From Gammaproteobacteria bacterium (GTDB lineage: Bacteria; Pseudomonadota; Gammaproteobacteria; JAJPIJ01), in the NCBI GenBank assembly GCA_021324815.1, contig JAJPIJ010000023.1:666-64665 (forward strand): a stretch of DNA of 64,000 nucleotides, written 5' to 3'. The notes beneath the pieces are model-generated. The model was not told the origin of the DNA and did not search any database. It saw only the letters and a list, made by a program, of their open reading frames with translations. Shown here piece after piece: positions 1-8,958 of the stretch (the first letter of the stretch is position 1; every line of letters starts with the position of its first letter). The translations under genes and the position numbers were made by a program.

Positions 1-1
1 G

Positions 2-334
2 CTGCGGGACTTCGACCATGCCCTCGAGTGGCTGCAAAAAAGCGGGCATACCGAGCGGCAGCTGGAGGAGGCCATCCTGGGCGTGATCCAGATCATCGAC
101 CAGCCCAAGTCGCCGGCCGCCGAAGCCATCCAGGCGTACTTCCTCGCCTTGCAGGGCCGCACGCCCGAATTCCGCCGCCGCTTCCGCCGCCGCGTGCTCA
201 ACGTGACCCTGGCCGACCTGCAACGCGTCGGGCGCGAATATTTAAAGCCGGAGCGCGCCGGCACCGCGGTGATCTGCAACCAGGAGACGCTGAAAGGGCA
301 CCGGCACCTAGACTTTGAGGCGCGCGACCTCTAG
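2..334 (+). CDS. C-terminal part of an insulinase/peptidase M16 (PreP-like) family protein, 5'-truncated by the window edge
   Basis: The frame is open from base 2 (LRDFDHALEWLQKSGHTERQLEEAILGVIQIIDQPKSPAAEA...RVLNVTLADLQRVGREYL). This resembles the C-terminus of M16C/PreP-like peptidases as I recall it. Confidence 0.65.
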   Translation: MRDFDHALEWLQKSGHTERQLEEAILGVIQIIDQPKSPAAEAIQAYFLALQGRTPEFRRRFRRRVLNVTLADLQRVGREYLKPERAGTAVICNQETLKGHRHLDFEARDL

Positions 335-382
335 GAGGTTGCTGAAAAAAGTCCTGGACGGGCTTTTTCAGCATCCTGCCAG
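331..382. repeat. Long imperfect inverted repeat (MITE-like, probable bidirectional terminator) between convergent genes
   Basis: CTAGGAGGTTGCTGAAAAA (331-349) and the reverse complement of the right arm, CTGGCAGGATGCTGAAAAA (364-382), match at 16/19 positions. A/T runs lie within both arms. Confidence 0.7.
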
Positions 383-396
383 GCAAAGCGCCCGCC

Positions 397-927
397 TTAC
401 CGCCGGACGGGTCGCTTCTTGAGCTTGCGCTGCAAGGTGCGGCGGTGCATGCGCAGCCGCCGCGCCGCCTCCGAGATGTTGCCGGCGGAGTCGCTCAGCA
501 CCTTCTGGATGTGCTCCCATTCCAGCCGCTTGATGGACGGCCGGTCGCCGGCCACGGGCGTCAGACTCGATCCCGCTGCGCGCGTCAGGGCGGCGACGAT
601 TTCATCGGCGTCCGCCGGCTTGGCGAGGTAGTGCACCGCGCCGAGCTTGATGGCCTCCACGGCGGTGGCGATGCTGGCGTAGCCGGTCAGCACCACGATG
701 CGGATGCCGGAATGAAGGCAGCGGAGCTGCTCGATCAGCGCCAGACCGCTTGTCCCCGGCAGGCGCAAATCCACAATGGCGTCATCGAAGCGCGTGCCGC
801 GCGCGAGCGCCATGGCGGCCGTCGCATCGGCCGCCGTCTGGACCGCATAACCGCGAGCCGCGAGCGCGCCGGCCAGCACGCCCCGGAAGGTGTCATCGTC
901 ATCGACCAGCAGCAGGGAGCGGCTCAT
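397..927 (-). CDS. regA: RegA/PrrA/ActR-family response regulator
   Basis: Receiver domain (LLVDDD, VDLRLP, LTGYASIATAVEAIKLGAVHYLAKP) plus the diagnostic effector region LEWEHIQKVL...NISEAARRLRMHRRTLQRKL. Confidence 0.93.
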   Translation of the reverse strand: MSRSLLLVDDDDTFRGVLAGALAARGYAVQTAADATAAMALARGTRFDDAIVDLRLPGTSGLALIEQLRCLHSGIRIVVLTGYASIATAVEAIKLGAVHYLAKPADADEIVAALTRAAGSSLTPVAGDRPSIKRLEWEHIQKVLSDSAGNISEAARRLRMHRRTLQRKLKKRPVRR

Positions 928-2144
928 GCAAGCAGGGTCTTGAGCGGCAGGCTGATTTCGGCGACGACGCCGCGGCCGGCGGCGCGCTCACGCAGGACCA
1001 GTCTCCCGCCGAGGCGCTTGAGCGCAAGGTGGGCGAGGGGGAGTCCCATGCCCAATCCGTGCGGCTTGGTGGTGACGAAGGCCCGGCCGACGCGCGCCGC
1101 GATCCCCGGCGGCAGCCCGCCGCCTTCGTCGCGAATCAGCACCTTCAGTTCCGATTCATCCCAGCGGCCCTCGATCTCAACGCGGCCCGGCGAGGCGTCG
1201 GCGGCGTTGTGCAGGACGTTCATGATCGCCTGCGACAGCGTGCGATCGGCGATGATGCAGGGCGGCGGCTGCGGACCGCGCAGTTGCACACTGACTTCGG
1301 GGTCGGGACGCAATATCCGCCATTCGTCGACGAGCTGCGCGAGATAACGGTCCACATCCACCCGCCCGCCGCCCAGGGCCTGGGCCTGCCCCGACTGCGC
1401 GCTCATGCGGGAGAGGATGTCCTTGCAGCGGTCGATTTGCCCGCGCAACACGCGCAGGCCATCGACCAGCCCGGGATCGCCCTGCCGCTCCCGCTGCAGG
1501 TCCTTGGCCAGCACGGCCATCGTTGACAGCGGCGTTCCCAGTTCATGGCAGGTGCCGGCCGCGAGCGACCCCAGCGCCAGCCACTGCCTCGCCTCGGCCA
1601 GCTCGCGGTCATGGGCGCGCAGGGTCGCGCCGATGCGGGCGACGAAGTAGGCGACCACCACGGCGCTCAGCAGGAATCCGAACCACATGCCCCACAGGTG
1701 CGGCGAGTAATGATCGTCCTCGTGCACCCAGTGCAGGGTGTGCTGATGCAGGAACATGAGCGCCGTGTAGCAGGCGGCGGCGCAGGCCACCAGCAGCCAG
1801 GTGTAGGCGGGTCGCAGCGTGGCCGCGGCCACGGTGACGGGCAGCAGGAACAGGGAGACGAAGGGGTTCCAGGAGCCGCCGGTGAAATACAGCAGCGCGG
1901 TGAGCGCGCCGATGTCGAGGAACAACTGGCACAGCACCTCGGCTTCCGGGACCGGCCGGCGCGCCGCGACGCCGCGCCAGGAGAACAGCGTCACCGCCGC
2001 CAGCAGCAGCATCACGCCGATGATCGGCGGCCAGGGCAGCGGCGCGTGCAGGAACATATGCGCGGCGATGAGGGCGGCGATTTGCACGCCCATGGCGAAG
2101 GTCCGCAGCAGCAGCAGGTAACGCAGACAAAGACTGGTCAGCAT
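924..2144 (-). CDS. regB: RegB/PrrB-family redox sensor histidine kinase
   Basis: Several TM helices with the GGxxNPF motif (TGGSWNPF), H-box HELGTPL, the DRCKDIL cysteine motif, and N/G boxes (NVLHNAADA, DEGGG, GLGMGL). Overlaps regA by 4 nt. ATG at 2144 was chosen over the longer ORF. Confidence 0.9.
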   Translation of the reverse strand: MLTSLCLRYLLLLRTFAMGVQIAALIAAHMFLHAPLPWPPIIGVMLLLAAVTLFSWRGVAARRPVPEAEVLCQLFLDIGALTALLYFTGGSWNPFVSLFLLPVTVAAATLRPAYTWLLVACAAACYTALMFLHQHTLHWVHEDDHYSPHLWGMWFGFLLSAVVVAYFVARIGATLRAHDRELAEARQWLALGSLAAGTCHELGTPLSTMAVLAKDLQRERQGDPGLVDGLRVLRGQIDRCKDILSRMSAQSGQAQALGGGRVDVDRYLAQLVDEWRILRPDPEVSVQLRGPQPPPCIIADRTLSQAIMNVLHNAADASPGRVEIEGRWDESELKVLIRDEGGGLPPGIAARVGRAFVTTKPHGLGMGLPLAHLALKRLGGRLVLRERAAGRGVVAEISLPLKTLLA

Positions 2145-2175
2145 GAGGAGCGGCCCGGGATCACCGAGAGATTTG

Positions 2176-2184
2176 ATTATATCA
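2176..2184 (-). promoter_or_regulatory. Extended -10 promoter for regB (TG-A-TATAAT)
   Basis: The minus strand reads TGATATAAT about 30 nt upstream of the regB ATG. Confidence 0.6.
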
Positions 2185-2233
2185 AGCCATTGCCGGCCGT
2201 GAGCGGCCTGAATCCCGGCGGTGGCCGGCAAGG

Positions 2234-2250
2234 TGCGACATTTTGCCGCA
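2234..2250. promoter_or_regulatory. RegA/RegR/PrrA binding box
   Basis: TGCGACATTTTGCCGCA; the reverse complement contains GCGGC-AAAAT-GTCGC, matching the RegR-box consensus GCGGC-N5-GTCGC. It lies in the intergenic region next to regBA. Confidence 0.75.
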
Positions 2251-2272
2251 GTCCGGGGGAGGCTGATTTCGC

Positions 2273-2278
2273 TAGACT
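2273..2278 (+). promoter_or_regulatory. Candidate -10 element (TAGACT) for the copper cassette
   Basis: TAnnnT hexamer about 50 nt before ATG 2328 with no recognisable -35. The RegA box abuts the -35 position. Confidence 0.4.
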
Positions 2279-2327
2279 GCGTTTTCACGATGCGACACGC
2301 GCCATTCAGGAAATACAACGGAAAAAA

Positions 2328-3305
2328 ATGCGGACTTCGACGACGATTCAAGGCCCCTTCAAAAAGCTGCTGTTGGTGGGCACGACAATCTGTTGGGTGT
2401 CATACACCGCGATGGCGCAAGCCCATGGATTCGCGGGCAGGCGCTTCTTTCCGGCCACGATAGCCACGGATGATCCGTTCATGAACGATGAAGCCGGGCT
2501 GGTGTTTGGTAACACTTGGGAACCGGACATTGACACCCATACCGACACGACGATCTCAGGCGAATGGGCCAAGACCATCACCCCAACCTTTGGGTTCTCG
2601 ATAGGCAACGCATTTCACCACATCAATCCTAAGGAAGGAAAAGACATAAACGGCTTCGAGAATCTCGATGTCGGAGCCAAGTGGCAGTTTTACACCAACG
2701 ACCCCAACGAGACCATCTTGTCCATCGGCTTGAATGCCGAGGTTGGAGGTACGGGGAGCGCGCATCTCGGTGTTGACCCCTTTTCCACGGTCTCACCCAC
2801 CTTCTTCTTCGGCCAGGGGATGGGATTCCTGCCGGAATCGATGAAAATGTTGAGGCCTTTTGCGGTGACCGGGACCTTGAGCGCCGACATTCCCACGGTG
2901 TCGACGATTGAGAGCACAGGGAAGAAACCGGCCACGAACTTGAGCTGGGGGATCTCGCTGCAATACAATCTCCAGTACCTGCAATCCTTTGTTCGCGACA
3001 TGGGACTGCCGGCGCCCTTCAACCGAATGATCCCGTTGGTCGAATTCCCAATGACGACATGCGTGAATCGAGATTGTGACGGACAAACGACCGGCTTTGT
3101 CGCACCGGGCGTCATTTGGTTTGGGAAGCACACGCAATTCGGTCTGGAGGCCCAGATACCCATCGATGACCGCAGTGGCCATGACGCCGGCATCATGGCC
3201 CAAGTACATTTCTTCATTGACGACATTTTCCCGGATTCCCTGGGCCGACCCTTGATCGGCGCGAAGAAGGCCTATCCAGCGTGGTGGGGCGGCTCCCGCG
3301 AGTAA
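2328..3305 (+). CDS. Uncharacterised secreted protein, predicted outer-membrane beta-barrel with mature N-terminal His
   Basis: Signal peptide ending AQA followed by HGFAGRRFFPATIATDDP. Alternating hydrophobic/aromatic strand-like segments (NLDVGAKWQFY, ILSIGLNAEVG, LSWGISLQYNL, TQFGLEAQIP, MAQVHFFIDD). First gene of the copC-copD operon. Confidence 0.7.
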   Translation: MRTSTTIQGPFKKLLLVGTTICWVSYTAMAQAHGFAGRRFFPATIATDDPFMNDEAGLVFGNTWEPDIDTHTDTTISGEWAKTITPTFGFSIGNAFHHINPKEGKDINGFENLDVGAKWQFYTNDPNETILSIGLNAEVGGTGSAHLGVDPFSTVSPTFFFGQGMGFLPESMKMLRPFAVTGTLSADIPTVSTIESTGKKPATNLSWGISLQYNLQYLQSFVRDMGLPAPFNRMIPLVEFPMTTCVNRDCDGQTTGFVAPGVIWFGKHTQFGLEAQIPIDDRSGHDAGIMAQVHFFIDDIFPDSLGRPLIGAKKAYPAWWGGSRE

Positions 3306-3652
3306 TCACGCTGGCGATCGCGCTGGCTTCGGCGGCCTGGCAACCGAAGACATGGGGCCATGCCTTTCTGGATCATGGCGAACCCAGGGTGGGCGCTGAA
3401 CTGGCGGCATCGCCACAACAAATAGTGCTGTACTTCGATAGCGAACTGGAACCCGCCTTTTCGGGATTGGTCCTGGAAGACGCGGACGGTCATGAGATCA
3501 AGCGAAGCGGGACGCAAAATGATGCCGGCGATCCCACGAGGCTTTCCATGCCGTGTCCTCCGCTCGGTTCCGGTACCTACCGGGTGCGCTGGAGCGTCGT
3601 CGCACGGGACGGGCACCGCACGGAGGGAGATTACACCTTCTCCGTCCACTAG
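3281..3652 (+). CDS. copC: Periplasmic copper-binding protein CopC
   Basis: Signal peptide, then mature N-terminal HAFL, the FDSELEPAFS segment, and C-terminal YRVRWSVVARDGHRTEGDYTFSV with the DGH Cu(II) motif. Confidence 0.92.
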   Translation: MVGRLPRVITLAIALASAAWQPKTWGHAFLDHGEPRVGAELAASPQQIVLYFDSELEPAFSGLVLEDADGHEIKRSGTQNDAGDPTRLSMPCPPLGSGTYRVRWSVVARDGHRTEGDYTFSVH

Positions 3653-3662
3653 GAACCCACAC

Positions 3663-4676
3663 TTGCTCGGTTCGCCTCTCCACCTTCTCCCTTCGTTTTT
3701 TGATCTACTGGCGTTGGGTACGATTTTGGGGGCGTTAAGCATCCGGCTTTGGGTGTTCCCCCGCGCCGGTCGTACGGAAGAGACGGTCGTCTTTGCGAGC
3801 ATCGGCGGCAGATTCACAAGCCTGCTTACGTGGTCGCTCCTTCTTCTCACCGCCACCAGCGTGGCGGTTCTGGTGGTGCGCGCCGCGGAAATAAGCGGTC
3901 AGCCTTATGGCGCCGTATCGCGGGTATTGCCCGCGGTACTGTTCAAAACTCACTATGGGACAATCTGGTTCCTGCGGCTTGCGGCCCTGTTTGTGCTGTG
4001 GGCGGGCGTGTTGGCGATGCGCCGAACCGGCGGCGCCGCCGCGCCCGCGGCAGCCTTTGTCGCCGCCGCGGCCATTGCCTGGACTTACAGCGCAACGGGT
4101 CACGCCAGCGATCAAGGCGACTTCACGATTATTCAAACCATGGACTGGCTGCACCTACTCGCCATCTCGGCATGGGGCGGCGGCCTGCTTGCCGTGACCC
4201 TTGTCATTCGGCCTGCATTGGCGGAAAAGATGAATGAACACCAGGTGAAAAATCTCAGCGGGATTTGCCGGCGGCTGTCCCGGCTCGCCGGCTGCTCGCT
4301 CCTTGTGGTCATCGTTACCGGAAGCTACGGCGCCTGGCGCCATGTTCCCGGCCTTGCCGCGCTTGGGGACACGATTTACGGGCGGGCGCTGAGCGTGAAG
4401 TTGTTTTTCGTTCTCACGATGGTTCTGCTGGGGGCAATCAACCGTTACCTGGTCCTGCCGAAATTGCCTGCATCCGGAGGCGCATCTGCCACCGGTGGCG
4501 GGCAATCAGGCGCGGACCTCTTGCGGCAATTCTTCCGAAGGGTCGGTCAGGAAGCCTTCCTCATGATCCTCGTGCTGGGTTGTGTCACGTTCCTGATTCA
4601 CAGCCCGCCGCCAGGTCCGTTCATGGATATGACGCGTCATCACCCTGCACACATACGGGACGCGGAAGGGCCCTGA
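3663..4676 (+). CDS. copD: Inner-membrane copper transport protein CopD
   Basis: Multi-TM protein with TGHA, DWLHLLAISAWGGGL, SRLAGCSLLVVIVTGSY and YGRALSVKLFFVLTMVLLGAINRY. TTG start at 3663 follows AGGAA, directly after copC. Confidence 0.88.
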   Translation: MLGSPLHLLPSFFDLLALGTILGALSIRLWVFPRAGRTEETVVFASIGGRFTSLLTWSLLLLTATSVAVLVVRAAEISGQPYGAVSRVLPAVLFKTHYGTIWFLRLAALFVLWAGVLAMRRTGGAAAPAAAFVAAAAIAWTYSATGHASDQGDFTIIQTMDWLHLLAISAWGGGLLAVTLVIRPALAEKMNEHQVKNLSGICRRLSRLAGCSLLVVIVTGSYGAWRHVPGLAALGDTIYGRALSVKLFFVLTMVLLGAINRYLVLPKLPASGGASATGGGQSGADLLRQFFRRVGQEAFLMILVLGCVTFLIHSPPPGPFMDMTRHHPAHIRDAEGP

Positions 4677-4689
4677 CCGGCGGCCTGCG

Positions 4690-5253
4690 TTATTTCGGCG
4701 GCGAAGTCGCGATGCGAAGGAGACGGACGGATTTTTTGAACAGCTCGGATTGATGCTTGGCGACGAACGCGGCGATCGTTTTGGCGTCAGCGGCAAGATG
4801 GACCTCCGGCGCGTAGCTGCTGTCATCGGCCCTGCCCGCGATCTCGCCACGCCGCACCGCCGCGCGCGCGGCTTCAGGATCAAGCAGGCTCAATTCAACC
4901 GCGTCGCCCCCGGCCGAGTACCGCAACAAAAGATAACCCTCGCCGGAATCCCCGCCGTGCAGATTCAGATAGCGCACACCCTTCAAAATGGAAGTATGGC
5001 CCTGGTAGTGGGAAACGCGGGTTTGTCCATCGGCGGAGGGCTCGGTCACCGTGATGTTCAGGCTGTGCCGGTCCCGCGCCTCGACGACCACCGTCATGGT
5101 CCGCTCCTCGTCGCGCCAGGTGCCGGGCAGGGCCTTGTCGATCTTCGCCGACGCCACCGGCGTGAGTGGCTGCGGCAGTGTCGCCACGCAACCCGCGAGA
5201 CCAAGAACCGCGAGGAGGGACAGCAGCCGGTTTGTCGTTCGTCGCCGCATCAC
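4690..5253 (-). CDS. Hypothetical lipoprotein
   Basis: Basic N-terminus, hydrophobic stretch and lipobox LAGC; typical codon usage; no recognised domain. Confidence 0.7.
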   Translation of the reverse strand: MMRRRTTNRLLSLLAVLGLAGCVATLPQPLTPVASAKIDKALPGTWRDEERTMTVVVEARDRHSLNITVTEPSADGQTRVSHYQGHTSILKGVRYLNLHGGDSGEGYLLLRYSAGGDAVELSLLDPEAARAAVRRGEIAGRADDSSYAPEVHLAADAKTIAAFVAKHQSELFKKSVRLLRIATSPPK

Positions 5254-5327
5254 GCGTATAATAAACGCAATTCACGGAAATGCGGCAAACATGCTCTGAT
5301 GTTTGCCCGCGGGTGGGAAGAAAACGC

Positions 5328-6533
5328 ATGTCCTTCAGCCTCTCGCAGTTCTACCAGCTCAACCGGCGCATCATCATCTGGATACTGCTGTTCGCCCTCT
5401 TGTGGCTGGGGCGCGATTTCTTCGGCCTCATCTTCATGACCTTCGTGCTGGCCTTCATCGCCGAGCCGCTGGCCGAGCTGGGCCGGCGGCGCCTGCGCCT
5501 GCCGCATGGTCTGTCGCTGTCGGCGGTCTATGTGATGTTCGTCGCGGTCCTGGTGGGGTTCACGCACTTCGTGGTGCCCGAGGTGGTCAGCGAGGCGAAC
5601 CGGCTGGTCGGCAACTTAAGCCAGATCGAGCAGCGTGTCATCCAGACCAAGAACAACCTCGTGCGCGAATACCCGGTGCTGCGCGATTCGCTCTCGGTGT
5701 TCGCCCGCAGCGCCATGGACGAGGAGGCCGCCGCCGCGCTGGATGTGGAGTTGCAACGCGAAAAGGAAAAGCTCGGCGTGACCGAGGCTGATCTCGCCGC
5801 CGACTCCGCCGATCACGCCGGGCCGCCGCCGGGGAGTCCCCTGGCCCGCTACTACGAAAAGAAGGACCGCCTGCTCGTGGACGCCATCATGTCCGAGCAG
5901 ATCAAGCGCATCGGCAACGAGGCGCCGCGCGCCATCCACGCGCTCTACAGCGTCACCGCCACCCTGCTGCTGGCGCTCTTGTTCAGTTTCCTTATCCTGG
6001 TGGACATCGCGCGCCTGCGCCGGCAGGTGCAGGACCTCGGCGTCTCGCGCGTGAAGGACATCTACGCGGAGGCGGCGCAGCCGGTGGTGCGGTTCGCCTA
6101 TCTGCTGGGCCGCGCCATCCAGGCGCAGACCGCCATCGCCGCGGTGTACACGGTGCTCACGCTCGCGGGCCTGCTGCTGCTCAAGATTCCGTCGGTGACC
6201 ATGCTGTCGCTGGTGGTGTTTGTGACCAGCTTCATCCCGGTGCTCGGCGTGTTCATCTCCGCGGTGCCGATCATCCTCGTGGCGCTGAACGCGGGCGGGC
6301 TCACCCTGGCGCTGGCCTCGGTGGGCCTCATCATCGTCATCCACATCCTCGGCACCTACCTCATCAATCCCTGGATCTACGGCCGCCACCTGAATTTGAA
6401 TCCGGTGCTGACGCTCATCATCCTGTTCGTGGCCTATCACGCCTTCGGCCTGTGGGGCATGATCCTGGCCGTGCCGGTGGCGCGCTATTTCATCTACGAC
6501 GTGCTGGGCCTGCCGTTGCGCGACAGCGCGTGA
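5328..6533 (+). CDS. AI-2E (PerM/UPF0118) family transporter
   Basis: N-terminal TM block, then the C-terminal family pattern FIPVLGVFIS...YLINPWIYGRHLNLNPVLTLIILFVAYHAFGLWGMILAVP. Confidence 0.85.
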   Translation: MSFSLSQFYQLNRRIIIWILLFALLWLGRDFFGLIFMTFVLAFIAEPLAELGRRRLRLPHGLSLSAVYVMFVAVLVGFTHFVVPEVVSEANRLVGNLSQIEQRVIQTKNNLVREYPVLRDSLSVFARSAMDEEAAAALDVELQREKEKLGVTEADLAADSADHAGPPPGSPLARYYEKKDRLLVDAIMSEQIKRIGNEAPRAIHALYSVTATLLLALLFSFLILVDIARLRRQVQDLGVSRVKDIYAEAAQPVVRFAYLLGRAIQAQTAIAAVYTVLTLAGLLLLKIPSVTMLSLVVFVTSFIPVLGVFISAVPIILVALNAGGLTLALASVGLIIVIHILGTYLINPWIYGRHLNLNPVLTLIILFVAYHAFGLWGMILAVPVARYFIYDVLGLPLRDSA

Positions 6534-6582
6534 AGGATCTGGTGGAGCGGCGGCAGGATCAACGCCGGGCGCGGCGGGGCAG

Positions 6583-6670
6583 TGGTGCCGGGAGTGGGGG
6601 TCGAACCCACATGAGGGGTAACCTCACTGGATTTTGAGTCCAGCGCGTCTGCCAATTCCGCCATCCCGGC
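6583..6670 (-). tRNA. tRNA-Leu (CAA)
   Basis: The minus strand reads GCCGGGA...CTGGA-CTCAAAA-TCCAG...GTGGGTTCGACCCCCAC-TCCCGGC-A-CCA, with a long variable arm and encoded CCA. Confidence 0.95.
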
Positions 6671-6768
6671 CCGGAAAAATCGACGGGCCGCCAGTATAAG
6701 GAACACCCACGCGGTGTCAAAGCCCGCGGTCCTGCCCGCGGGCGCGCGGAGTTTGTTACCATCGCCGC

Positions 6769-8918
<2,150 letters not shown>

Positions 8919-8944
8919 AGGCGGCGAGAATATCCGGGCGGAAG

Positions 8945-8958
8945 TTGACATGGGTCAA
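8945..8958. promoter_or_regulatory. FNR/CRP-family binding box (TTGAC-N4-GTCAA) upstream of the CBS gene
   Basis: Perfect palindrome TTGAC-ATGG-GTCAA. A candidate -10, TAAAGT, at 8980-8985 puts the box centre near -41. Confidence 0.65.

Noticed and set aside
1545-2327. N-terminal 261 codons of the 586-aa plus-strand ORF
   Set aside because: They are the antisense shadow of regB. The real gene starts at ATG 2328, where a signal peptide begins and composition changes.
5280-5295. TGCGGCAAACATGC as a second RegA box upstream of the AI-2E gene
   Set aside because: Only one half-site matches; the second is not GTCGC/GCCGC.
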